Positions 36,676 to 50,592 of a DNA stretch of 64,000 bases are shown here, one piece after another. The notes below the pieces were generated by a model. The model worked only from the letters and a program-made list of their open reading frames with translations. It was not told where the DNA came from and made no database searches. Position 1 is the first letter of the stretch. Each line of letters starts with the position of its first letter. The DNA comes from Hydrolagus affinis (Eukaryota): assembly GCA_012026655.1 (NCBI GenBank), contig JAAILG010000726.1, positions 1 to 64,000 of the forward strand, given 5' to 3'. The position numbers were made by a program, and so were the translations under genes.

Positions 36676-38804
36676 TACATCGTGTTGGGGGAACAAAACG
36701 GGAGACAAATAATTTCAGTATTATTTACGTTGAGAAGCTGAGCTACCATTTTGTTGAAAAAACATTTGATCAAATCGTAGATTTGTCACAAGCAAACTGT
36801 TCAGTGAAAAAATACATAGTATATTTTCGGATAACGGCAGGTACGAAGCTTTTAGTGGAACCTGAAGATGATAGCGCAGTTATAATGGCAGCCACAGATG
36901 TTGTGGCATGACTGTTAAAAAAAAAGGAATTTCCAACAAAAACTGACCATAACTGCAAGAGGCTCCTTTGATTTTAATGAGGGTCAATTTTTGTTTGAAG
37001 ATTCTTATAAATCGATCACAGCACTTGGAAAAATATATTCACTGAACATTGTTCGTACACACTTGATTGGAAACAGTCAAGGCCAATTGGACATACCCAC
37101 ACGAGCCACACGTCCAGCACGCAGTCACTAATCAGCTCCTCAGCTTTCATACAAAATAGAGTGCTCCCTGTTATTGGCTAAACCTGCTCAAAACTGGAAG
37201 AAACCCATCAACTCTCTCACATTCACAGGAGTTCCCCAAGGTACAAATTCTAATTTATTATTTTTACTGAGATTACATGGCCATAAAGAGCTTCCCTATG
37301 TAACGTACTGAAGAATTGAGGTGTGTTCAATCGAAGTGCTTTAGTGGACAGTCTTGCCTTTCAACCAATCCACCCACACTCAATTTGCTGATACACTAGC
37401 AGTTTCATTCCTCTTGCGTAATTCATGTAGCAAGTCAATCTTTCTAAAAAAGCAATTTCAAACAGAAACATAGTGTTAGTCTGCCTTTGGAGACTGTATC
37501 CTGTGGCCGGACTTTTATTACCCTGTGACTGAACACCCAGCATTAAAGTCATCCAAACTGGCTAAAATATATTCCAGTGTTAATGCAAAAATGTAGCTAA
37601 ATTCTTCATGATGACAGTGATGGTACTTCACCTAAATACCATACAGGGGGCTGTTATAAAACCACTAAAGACTCACATTTCAGTACCACAATGATTGTTG
37701 ATTTATTTGATGTGGTCATAGTTGACCTTTTTGAAGGTGTTTTGTTCCATTTAGAAGGACGCCATACTATATCAAGATGTTCTCATTGTGCTTGTGTCAA
37801 TTTTCTCCGCCCAACTCACCCCACTCCCCCCCAACTCATTTTCCTTCTACAAGGGACAGTTCAACAACTCCTTGAATACTACACCTAATTGGCCATGTGT
37901 GAGCCGTGATAATGACGGTCAGTTCAATTGTGGAGGCATCAGTCAAACCCAGTTTGGTTCTCACTTGACATCCACACACTTTGGCGCATAGCAGAGGTCA
38001 CTCCATCACAATAAGGAGACTACTCTACAGCTAAGATTACTCTCTCTAGACCACTACTCCCTCAGTCCTGCATTAGATTGGCTAACAGCACAAGCCAGAG
38101 ATCAAACCTGGCCTGTAATGTTTCAAACTACTCACTGGATGAACTCACAGGGATGCAACTCTTTAAACCAAAATGTCAGTTCTGAACCCTTTTCCCCAAC
38201 CCCTCAAAAATAAAACAAAAATTCAAGACATTTTCAATTTTCAATAATCCAAGAAAGACCCTGGATAAAAGTGACTTTGTTTTACTTTTCATAGAATATG
38301 ATGGAAATTATGTTCTGTGAGTGGAATTGATAACACAATCTACAGTAACAACAACTTGGCACTTAAATAGTGCCCCCTCATGCAGAGTAGCATGCCAGAG
38401 TGCTTAACAACACTGCCAATATAGAGGAAAGTCATCCTAATGTTGCAAAACTCTTTCTACTGATTCATTCACCACCTTTGAACAATCACACTCTTCTCTA
38501 GCACAATGCAATTGTTACTGTTTTCATTTAAACTGAGAGACCTAGATGAAGAGCCAAGAAAGTGCAGGACACCACCAAGAGGGATAGATGAGAGCAAAAT
38601 AAATGAATCAAATTAAGATGTGGTTACATTACAGAAGGTTTGGGGTCCTAAAGCCTGTAGATTGCAGAAGGAAAGTAAAACTGTGGGAGAAAGACCAGTA
38701 CTGAGGCCCAGGGAAACAAGAAGCTGGTCACAGAAGCTTGTGATGTCTCATTTGCAACACAATAAAGACGCAGGTAGGAAGTAGTTTATATTTAACATCA
38801 GTAA

Positions 38805-39243
38805 CAATGTTCTTTAATATGGTGCCTATAATTTTGCAAAATCTCATAGTGCTTTGCAGTACTTAGTGCTGTATAGTCACGCCAGTGTATGTTGTGGTAT
38901 TTGTATTTGCAGCCAATTTACACACAACAGTGTCCCGCAAATAACCAACAACTTCGATTTATATAGCGCCCTCCACACCGGACGGCGTCTCAGAGCGCTT
39001 TTTGTGTATGATCAATTTATCTGAAGGATTGTTGGGAGTTTTTCCCAGTGTCCTTGGCTTCTCTTTTCAAATAGTATTGAACAGCCAGACAAGACCTCGC
39101 TTTAACGTTTCATCCAAAGGAAGGCATCTCTCCCATCACATTACTGGAGTGACAGCCTAGACTGCAAATTCAGAGTCCACCAAATGGGGAGTGAATGCAC
39201 AACTTTCTGACTCAGAGACAGTCCTACTAACTGAGGCAGGCTA
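38805..39243 (-). mobile_element. SacSINE1-like DeuSINE with L2-A tail inserted at ~38943-39000
   Basis: tttaacgtttcatccaaagg and ttctgactcagagac; insert tatatagcgccctccacaccggacggcgtctcagagcgctt. Confidence 0.8.
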
Positions 39244-42200
39244 CATACACTCTGCTATAATATTTCATAAATACAGCAGTGTTCTTCAAAACTAGTTCAT
39301 TATCCCCAATATTGCAGAACTCTCATGTTGAATCTAAGGTAAACTCAAATGCTTTTTGGTCCATTATTCCAAAAATATACCATTTAAGTGTTTGCACAGT
39401 GTAGTGTGTGGTTATATATTTGATTTACCTCTCTAATCACTATGTCATTTTGTCATGAAGTCGCAACCCGTGTTTACTCCAAAGCCTTTTCAAAGAGAAT
39501 TGCCAATTTTATGTGGGTTTAAACAATTCAACTCACAAGATGCAAACACATATTGTACAAACAAAACGCACCAGGAATTGACGAGTTAAAGAAACCATTT
39601 GTGGCCCAGCCACAGTAACTCACTACTGCCACAGCCCGCACGCACCACTCAACTTATGTCTCTCGTATCCCACTACGTCTCAGCATGCAGCCCCTGTATA
39701 AAGAAAACGTGAAACTCCAATACACTTTCAACCAATACTCCAATACACTGGTCACCATTAACAAGAGGAAAGTTTTTTAAATGGTGACTATTAACAACAG
39801 GTATAGAGGAATTGCTTTTCAATCATGTACATTTCACTTCTTCTTTGCTAAGACTCACCTACAGCACTGCACTGCACGCCAATTTTAAATTAGTTTGAAA
39901 CCCACCTCCAAGAAGGTTCTCGAGAAAGATTGATTTCAATGTGTTTCTGGTTTAGAAGGTGCACAGTTCAAACTGATTTACCTCAGCGTGGATTGGCTTA
40001 AATTCCCCAGTGTTAACAAAACCTAGAATTTTGGCGTCAGCTACCCTTTTCCAAAAATTGTTAATAAAGTGCACAGAGAGAAAAAATATTGAGCATAGAA
40101 ACAAGAAAGTACGTCAACACGGTGCACCTTAACCTCACGGTGCCTATTATTTGTCTCTATTTTCAAAATAAATTGTCTGAAGGCTAAACTAAATGGCACA
40201 GCCAGCAACGTACACCTTCATTCAACTAACTACAGGATTTGATACTTATTGAGTCTTAAAAGGTAGTCCCTCTTCTTTTGAAAAAAAAATGCAAAAAGAT
40301 TTCTGGCATCAATTCAAGATGGTAGGAATGGATATCAAAGTTTACAAAAAATAAAAAGGAGACACAATCTGTTACGTTTTATGTAAAACCACTTTTTTCA
40401 ATTGCGGAACTGTACATGTGGTTTCGGTGATGAATGTTGCCCCTTCTAATACTTTAAATAGAAACAGAATGAGAATGAAAGTTTTTCCTTTTTTTTAATT
40501 TGTAGACAGTAATGAGATTTCTGATCAATCCCACAACTGGGGAAACACTGATAAATGATTTCTGTTTTGGTGTGTTTGATTGAACGAGACAGATGATTCA
40601 TTGCACTTAGTTTTCATTATTCAAAGCAAAGCTTCTAACCAGTCCAGAAGTCATGCTAGACAGATATGATTTACACTAAATCTTCCACAGGAATCCCGAG
40701 GCTGGCATTTCTATGAAAGGCAATTACAGTACAGTACACGGCACAAACTAGCAAGCCGCGTTCTCCCAGCGAGACCCAACTTTGATGACTTTCTTTCCAA
40801 AGTGAGTAACCCTATCAAAGACCTGGGGAGGAAACCAGCAAATGTAAATACGAAGCAGACTCTCACTTGTGCCTGAACTCAAGACATATTTTACTGTAAG
40901 TCAGCACTGTGCTTCACAATTTCACACAACCCTTGTGCCAACGGGTTATGTTCACTTCTTCGCAGATATGACAATGCAATGTAAGGCTAAACTGAGCAGT
41001 GCGAGTCACTTCTGCAATCCATATGTTTCATCTGGGGATGAGTCTATTCCTTTTTTTCCCCCCTCGATCTTACGTTTGTAATGCTGTCCAAATCCCCATG
41101 AGTCATATAAATTAAAGCTGGTCGCGTTTTATGCCAGGAAGAGTCTACCACCAGCCCTTTGTCAAAAACCCACAGGGGTAGGCTGTCCCACTTTGCTTTG
41201 TACACCGTGATGTCACAAGCCACGTGACCGAGCCTCTCCAGTAGGAGTACATGAAGAGTTTAAAGCTTATGCTTTTTGGATTGTCTGAATGCTTCATTCG
41301 CCTCACAAACAACCACAGAACCACAAGTGCGGTGCAACTTTCTCTCCAGGACGACGGCAGAACCTCTGGTTCTAAATGGTTAATCTCCGCAGGTCACTTC
41401 CAGCCACCAAGACCAACTCTGTCAGTAAGTGCTCGCTAACCACAGCCTTTACAGTAAATACTTGTCCATCAAATGTTTATTTGTCTTTTTTGCATGCTGT
41501 ATGTTATTTTGTGGCCAAACAAGTTAATGACATCAAACAGCTCACCTAAGCGCTGTTGGCAAGCTCTTAAACTTCCTCCCAATGGTTATATTTTCAATTT
41601 AGGCTTCGAGGGACACTGAAACCACAGGGGAAAAGTATATTTTGAAAGAAGGACTATGGCATCTAACAGCCTGTTCAGCTCAGTCACACCATGTCAGCAA
41701 AACTTCTTCTGGGGTAAGTACAAATCAGATGCATATATTGTATTATCTTATACTAAATGCGGAATTTTATTACAGAATATATGTATTCATCTCCCAGCAT
41801 TGCAAGGTTACAACCTATAATTTTGCTGGTTTCATTCATTCAAATCAAGATGCATGTTAACACGAATATTCATTTCAATTTTACACGACTGCTTGTAGTG
41901 TAAAACTGAGATAATATTCTCCTGCCTGGCTCAAATACAATTTTCTTTCCACATATACTGTAATATGGTTTCTATTTTCCCAAATCTAAAATATCATAAG
42001 ATGCTTTAAATATGCAGATCGGACATCCTCCAGAAACCTCCATCCAAGCAACCAATATTGTGCCTATTCATCAAAACTAGCAGTCAAACTACTTTTTACT
42101 TGTAGAACGCATCTGTACCACATATTTATTTCATTGAAAATGCACGTGACAAACCAAAATCAAGGGATGCTCCCATAAAACACAAACCAACAACAATAAC

Positions 42201-43681
42201 TGGGCTTTATACTTTTATTCTGAGGAAAACAAAGTGAGTGGGAAGTGGGGATAAAGCGTATCATCCTATTAATAACAACTTTATTCAGATGTGACAGCAC
42301 ATATTATATTGATTATTGTTTTGTACAGGAAGCGCAGAGGAGGCTCTTGATATTTTCATTGTGGGTATGCGGCTAACCTGGCTCTTTTGCTTAAAATACG
42401 ATACCTCTGCCAACCCCTAACAGCTGGGTCAGCGTACGGTCTGACCACTAACATGGTTTTTAATATTTGTGAGGAAGTTCAGTTCAGTTCAGTTCAGTTC
42501 AGAACGAGAGCCCGCCCATGTTCTGCACACATGCAATTCCATTTATTCTTCATAGAAACTGATCTGATTTAAATAAAACAAGAGTCACAACAAACTTCTG
42601 TGAACTCTAATCCACAGATGTTCAAGTCCTTTGCACTGCTTTACTCCAGAGCTGGGGGTTTATAGCAATGCTAAGTGGAACCACTCTGATTAAAATAAAC
42701 AAAATCACTTTTAAAATGCGTCTGCACTGTCCCAGGAAAAAAGTATATAACAATAGGTGTCAACTGCAGAAAATTGTCAAAGATAAGCGACATTTCAGAC
42801 TCCTATTAACAATGGGAGGCCGAATGATAATAATTTTCCAAATAAAAGCACAACTGGAAACATTCTGCGAGTGTTATTGAAACACTGGAGGTACTAGAGA
42901 AGGCAAGCAACAATTAAGGGTCAAGGACTCATGGTCATGCATTTATTCTCTTATACTTGATTTGGTATTTTATAACAGAATGTCAGTGTCTGTGAGTTAC
43001 AGGTTCAGTTTAGTGAATATTACTTTGCTAGTTTCATTCATTCATTGAAACTAAATCATGCATCAATCTGGATGCTCGTTCTCAATTTCGCACGCACTTG
43101 TAAATAAAAACTGTAGCAATACGGATACTTAAGCTACTGTCGCTTTTCACACAACATACCACAGTAACATCATACTCTATCATTTCAAGTGTGGTGGGAA
43201 AACCTACTGTGGAGACGCAAGCAGTCATTTAATTTTAGTATTAAAAGCCAATGGATTCATAGGGTCACTAGTCATCAGTAAATACTATAGACAACCACAA
43301 ACAAGACGCTTTCTCATAAATGCTTATCAACTGAAGTCTTTCTCGCACCGTCCCCCCACCCCCCACACACACCCACCTTGCCCCCATTCACAGCTTCTTT
43401 GCAACTTATTTTTGAAACAAAGTAAAAGAAACCTCACCCTGCACTTTACACTTGTAGAATGTGTTTTGCCCAAATGTGGTTCCCAAAGTGGAGTTACCTT
43501 ACGCAAGCACAAAATTAGCTGTAAAATGTCAGAAGCACTTCATTACCACTGCTCAGTAACATCTTAGGAAGTAATCCAGACAGTAGGGAAATCCGTGTTT
43601 TATATCTGACAAGCAATGGTGAGCAATATCAAGTTCGTCCCTTCTTCCTTCCTTTAGCACCTCCCATACATATGATTGACA

Positions 43682-43816
43682 GTAAACTCATAAGACTTAG
43701 TTCTCTTTTGGTGTGTGCAAGATCCATACTTTTTTGAGGTCCAGCTAATGCGTGGCTACCTCAAAAAAAGTATGAGATTTGCATACCAACAGAGAACTAC
43801 GCCTTGTGGCGTTTAC
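43682..43816. repeat. Long imperfect inverted repeat (hairpin)
   Basis: Arms 43682-43740 and 43758-43816 are reverse complements with a few mismatches and indels. Confidence 0.85.
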
Positions 43817-45886
43817 CATTATTTCCCTGTTCATCTGCAGGGCAGTTAAAAATAATGTTTTTAGTCGTGAGTGGTTAGTTTCTTAAACAGTGTCCTAGCG
43901 TTTCCATCACACACCACTTCCATACACTCGCAGTTCCAACAATCATACTGCTCCCAAAACAACCTTCCTGAGCTGTGCATGATTAACCGATGGAAAGAGT
44001 TCTTCACAAAGACATGTGTCAAATTCATGGAAAATTACAAAGCTGTTTTGGTAAATCATGTTGCAGAACATCCACAGAGGAGATGAACCACTTTATTAAT
44101 ATGTTCTTAACAGATAACTTTGGGGTAGAGCTGTGAATACCCAATTTAGTATGAACCTCTGAGGAATGTACATAAAGGTTTCTGCTGTTGATCCTTGGAT
44201 TCCATTGAATTAGAAAATTGCTGTTTTGAAACAGTATTAAATGTTCTTTCTGTTTGGAGTTAATTTTTTTTGAAGAGATAACCTTTTAAAACATGTTTAT
44301 TACAGACTATTAAGTCTGTTCACCAGTCTGAGAAAAGAGCAGACAGCTTTAAAATGAAAATACAGTACAGCACAATGACAGTTAGCAATATTTCAAGTAC
44401 CATCAATATCTTTGTTCCCTCATGTAGGCAGTTAATGACAAGCTACACATTCAGAGTCCATTGGTCTTCTGTACAATTCAGATTTACACTCTTATTCCAC
44501 TGATAACCGAACCTTCTTTTCTAACCCATGTAAAATAAAACTGCAGAATTTACATTTTCACCACATGCATTTGCTAAAATTAGGAAGGATTTGCCGCTCA
44601 GTTTTGCAGGACTGTTACGATTTGAAATGAAAACAACTCTTAGACCTGTATTGGAATTTAGCAATGGATATTTTGGTGGGGTAGAACAGCGGAGCAATTA
44701 TTGGTTTCTGAATGATGTCGGTGTAGATTTCTAAGTTAAAAACACATGTAGAAATGTACCCAATATTGTACGCAGTAAACAAAATAATCTAGATTTGCAG
44801 ACTATATGTGTCTCAATTTTGCCCACACAATAATACTGCAAAGTATTCCCTACAGACTTTCGTAAAATCCATGGGTTACATGCCAAGCTGTAATTTCAAA
44901 ATATACATTTCTAATAGTATTAATAGGTAATTTACATTGAAAAACTTGGAACATTATGCTTTTCCTGGGGAACTATTCAAGAGCACATTGTAGTACAGCA
45001 GGTTTACTATCTTGCATACCAAAGTCACACAGATGCTTTTGACACCACTTTACAATAGTGCAATGAAAGAAAACAGTGTGGATCATACATGACACTGTCC
45101 ACTGTGCTGGGTTTCCACTGGGCAATATATAGCAATAAAAGTGCACATTTATCCTCTTTTGCACTGAGGTAATGAGAAACCAAGTCTGTCTACTAGTTTC
45201 AGACTGGCCATACGTGGGGACAATATAGGAGTACAAAACTTTCTTGTTAAAGTTCATATGCAAAGTCAATCCCATAAGTGGAACCATCTACGGACTGTAT
45301 ATGTTACTTATCCCTTTCACTAGCAGGAACCAGTACAAATCATATTGAATGAAATATCTACAAGGTGGCATTAGCACATGTTTATAGTGCTGATTCTTTC
45401 TTTGTGGAGTTAATACCATATCTAATCCTAGGAGCTTGTCAATGAGGTGCACTTGACTTTGGGTTTTTAATTCTAATTTAAAAACAAGAGCTGATGATTT
45501 CCAGTGGTCTGAACATTGCACAATATGGGGGCTTTTAAATAAACATACTGAGCCACCCAAATGTACAGTCACCAACATCACCGTTATAAACTTCAGGCAA
45601 AAAAGTATTCTCCAACCTCATAGTTAATGTAAAATTTCATGGCAGTCAACAAACGAAGATATATTCTCTGATAGAACAACTGTATACATCCTAACCACAC
45701 ACACTGCACCAAAATGAATCCATTAAAGATACTTCAATAGCGGTCAAAGTTTGTGGCAAACCAGTCGGGAGGAGCGGCAGAAAGAAATCTGTATGTAATG
45801 GTATCCACTAAACCATTGAGATGTTCTTGGAAAATAGAGGCGTAATGAAGACTTTAGTGCTGAAAATTACAAGCTTGATTGAAATT

Positions 45887-46118
45887 TACTTACTCCACAT
45901 ACCTAATAATCAGTCCACAAAAACACACAGTAAGAAAAATCGTTCATTATAATCCACGACTGTTTGTGGGTCACTGCTGTGCGCAATTGGCTGCCGTGTT
46001 TCGCCCACAAATATACAGTCAATTCACTTTACAGTATATTCTGCGAAGCACTTTGAGACATCGATAAGATGTGAAAAGCGCTATATCAAATACAAGGATT
46101 ATTATTATTTATTATTAT
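45887..46118 (+). mobile_element. SINE family A, 5' truncated
   Basis: cttactccacatacctaataat through (ATT)n tail. Confidence 0.92.
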
Positions 46119-49100
46119 ATAAGTCCCTAACACTTCATTTAAAAGGGTTAACTGGTCGAGACTATTTTACAGTAGACCATCGGAATAAGAGCAGAGAGAT
46201 CGGTAATTGTTTTTTTTTGCGGGAGGAGTGAATATTCCAGCCATCACTTTCTAGGAGTATTTATTGTTCCCTCTGAATACCGAACAGCCTTTGTGAATTT
46301 TAAAATGTGCACCTCTTCTATCATGCAACATCGTTAGGAAACTCTTTTTTTTAAAAAAAACAACTTTGGATTGCGAAAGGAAACTGGGAGAAAAAATATT
46401 CAGAATCGCAAAACAATTCATTATAACTTTGAACCAAAACTTGAATTGAAAAACAAAAGCTGTAGAAGAAAGGGTATCTGTTTCCTGAAATTATTTCTTT
46501 TAACTATTTGAGTAGTGTTCACCAAACGCAAACAATAGATATTCTTGCTTATATAGTCAGCATGCAAGCATAATCTGCCCCTGTAACCTTTCCTTTAATA
46601 TATTGTGTTGCTGAGTAATATTTCTTAGAATTATCAGTATGGCATTGGTGTAAATGTCGGATTAAGTTTGCGGAGCAGATTTCAAAGACTATGCAGATGT
46701 TGCAGTCTTCACAGGACTGGAAAGATTTAAAGTGAAAAGACGGCAGCGTTCAATGGAGCCACTTTGTATTCATTATACTGAGCTGTGTTGAGGCGCAGAA
46801 AGTTACAAGAAACTGGACTTGTTTCTAAGGCACAACCATCAAGTTAACCTTGTTTTTTTTTAATTGCCTTTACAATACAACAGTTAAGTAAAATTTGCAA
46901 CTAGAAACTGGATTATAAGGAGCTCATCTCCTTAATATTCAACAATATTAACAGATTATCTTAATAAAGATGCCATTTTACTGATATAATATTCAAGTTT
47001 AATCCCATTTAATGAACCTTTCATCTTTAAAACAAATCCAAGTTTAGCAAAATTATGTGGAAAAGAGTTGGCTGTATTAGTACTTTCAACATTATTATTA
47101 TTAAAAGCTTGCGTGCAGAGACTGAATCGCATGATGAACTGCTGTACTGATGTAACCAAATTAGTTTTATTCCCATACTTCTTTAGGAGAGGTGCATAGT
47201 GGAACTTTGTTAGTAAAAGATTTTTTTTAAATGAACATTAATAAATGATGGCCCAACCACAGACTTAAATCTGTACTAGGTAAATGCTCATTTTTCTCAT
47301 TGAGCAGCCTACATACATCACATTAACAGCCGTTTACTTCAATACAAATAATACTTGTCATTTTGCACCTACATATAGATCACCAACTAAAAACAGTAGA
47401 ATGACAAACATTTGATTCATGAGGTTATTTGCACTAGAAATAGAAAACATTACAAAGGCAACATAATCAGATGTAAAGTAAACCAACTGGATGCAGCAAC
47501 AATTTTTTTTTGAGGTATTTGAACGGATTTTCTCATTAGTTTTCCGTACAAAGACTGCACCATGTCTTCAAAGACTCACGTTATTGAGAGACACTCAACA
47601 ACACAAACAACACCAAGTTACACATTGCAATTGCTGATTAAGAGAGATTAGTTTGAGTTCCTTTCATAGTTGCTCAGGTGCTCACCCTCCCCGGAAGGAA
47701 CCGGGGACCAACATTGGTCCTGTCCTGCTCACGGCCCAGAATGTTGCTTCTGTTTTGCGGCTAAGTTACATTTTAAATGCTAGGATTGGGAAAACATTAA
47801 ATGGAGATGCTGTGTTTAATCAAACCGCCTGAGGTACCTAATCATTTAAGACGGGACCAGTAGGCTTAAGCAGTTGACAAGGGTAACCATCAAAGCACTA
47901 ACAGCAATTTCAATAGTAATATTGGGAGCTTGAAACGTTATTCACTGGGCAGAAACTCATTGCCCTAATTTCCGTTCTTTAACAATCAAATAAAACTGTA
48001 GTTTGCAATTAATGTGCTTGACTTTATGATGTAGTTTTTTTTTCTATTCGACTGTCACATCTGTAACATAGATATTGTGACGCAATATAATTCACCTTAT
48101 TAGCAGAAGAACTGAAAAAGTACAGTTTGACAAAAAAAAGTTTGTTGCAATCAAATATTTTCAGTAAAACTGATGGTCAGTGTTGAAGTTAAACTAGATT
48201 ATATTAGAAAGAAGAATACAAACTACTTTAAAATATTACACTTCATGTTTTATATTACATAGAAACGTTGCTCTTTTGATATAGTGCCTTATTATATCAT
48301 TGGGAGGACTCAAAGCACTTCACAGGAATTACTGTAAAGTGACTTGTCTGTGCAGACATGATGTCGTTGTGATTCATTAAAAATTTACCTTATCAAAAAT
48401 TAAGTTAAATGTATACTAAATATAGTTTGGGTAAACTGGATGGTCGGGGTTGAATTTACCCTAGAGTAGATTGTTTAGAAACAATAATGCAATAATATAT
48501 CCATATGTAGAACAATAAAACAAGATTATTAAACAGGAAGATAACTAACTATAAGTATCAATTTTGGAAAAAGGTTACTGAATTTCCAAAATCAAAATTG
48601 TTAATTCAAACCAGTAAGGTCAAGAATGAATTAACAATTTCCTCCCACACGATAAAAACCTTTTTAAGTACAGTAATATTAAAATGGACCATATTAAGTC
48701 AGATAATGACTGCAAGTCGACCACGAGTCTTTGTTCATAAACGATAGACGTCCATAAAGGCAGTCAGACTGCTTAGTTTTACCACAAACACCCAACAAGA
48801 AGCCTCTGAAATGACAGAATGGGGAGGTGTAATTAGAGGCCAGATAGTGGCAAAAAGACTATTTGATTATTCATCCGAATCTTTGAATCAACCTACAAAG
48901 TGTTAGTTTAAAAAAGCACACGGGTTAAAGTAATTGTGAGCGCAGAAGTTTCAGGCTACATTAACCAACACAAATTACCGAAGGGTCCCAGATGGACCTT
49001 CTTAAATAGCCACAGAGAGGCTTCCCTTCCCCTCATTAAACATAAAATCAGAAATAACGGTTGACTGTACAGTATTAAAAACATTGAACAAACTTTGCAT

Positions 49101-50429
49101 AAGTGGATCTGAAATAAGTATCCCGTGTTTGCAGGCTACATGAGGTTGGCTTTGCACAGTTTCAGTTTGTGTGGTCAGAGATTTCACTATACAATTTTTT
49201 AAATTTATAACCAGTCACATAAAATTTCTCCCCCCCATAAAAGCATTCAAGATATCCCCCAATTTATTACAACAGTCACAGATGCTTTCCTGTCAAGCTG
49301 CAAACACAATAATTTCACCCTGACCAAGTGAGTTTCTCAACTCATGTTTTCAATCAAAAAATTCAAACCTCATTTTATACAAAACTTTAAAAAGTTTCCT
49401 TTTTTAAATCATATTTTCGCTAAACAATTAAAAGTACAATATCATTCAAATAACTATTTATTTCTCCCTTCCCTCTTAGTGATTAGAAAATGTTTATTTT
49501 ATTTTTGTTTATTTTCTGAGCAAAATGGAGTAACTAAATATATTCCAAACACATGGATAATCACCTTTCCCGCAGTAAGAAATTGACTGATAACAGTTGC
49601 AAATTAAAGCTCTTCTTTGAACTAAAAGCATTACAATTTTTGAGTATATATACTGATGTAGTTTGTCATCGTTGTTAAGGAAAAAGTTGTGAAAGTTCAA
49701 GTTTGTGAGAAAAATCCACATAACAGATGAAAATTTTAATTCTATCCTTATGTTATGTTGGGATGTCTTCCCAATATGAAAGGTGCTATACAAATGTAAT
49801 TTTGTTGTTGTTGTTGTTAATATACAAAACCAGATCTTCGGATATTGTTCTCTCTCTCTGTCTCTTCTAAATTATAGCCACTTTTTCCAACCAGAAACTT
49901 GTTCTATTTCACTCTATGTTTGCACCACATTTCGCTGTGTGGCTTAAGGTAAATCAGTTTCAAACGCAATTCAAAATCCCTGAATGTAATGTACGATTTC
50001 TATTTATAACTGTGTATAAGTTTAATATTGATCGGATCGGTGCTAATATTTACAGGCCAGCTTCACAGGCCATCATGAATCTTTGTGTTACATTTCAGAA
50101 CAGCCGTCTCCACTTTAAAGAAAAAACAACACTCTTAAGAGAAAATTACATACTTCTTTTCGAACATATAGTCATGCCAAGCACAGGCATCCTTATTATA
50201 CATAGCTTTTTTTCTTCCTTTCCCAACTATGCCAAAATTGTAGGGTTGCTTTCAAAGAACCTAAGGAGCATTAACCAACACATCAAGGCCGTTAACTACA
50301 CAATCTAAGATAACTGCATAAGCCCCAGAATAAAGTTCACAACAGTTTTACGCAGTTTGTTAACAGTGCAGAAAATTATAAGTAACCAAAGTACTGAACA
50401 TCAAGCCAACATCCAAATGTGTGGGCGTT

Positions 50430-50592
50430 GTCCTGCCTCAAGGCCCTCCAGTTCGACGGTCCCATCAGTCACCCCAAATCCTCTCTTTTCCCTCCACCCT
50501 CCAAGCTTGGGTCTGAAACATTGACTGTCCAGCACCTTGGGACATGCCCCGATGCGAACAGCGCTATACAAATATAATTTTGTTGTTGTTGT
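50430..50592 (+). mobile_element. L2-B 3' end
   Basis: gggtctgaaacattgactgtccagcaccttgggac...(ttg)n. Confidence 0.8.
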
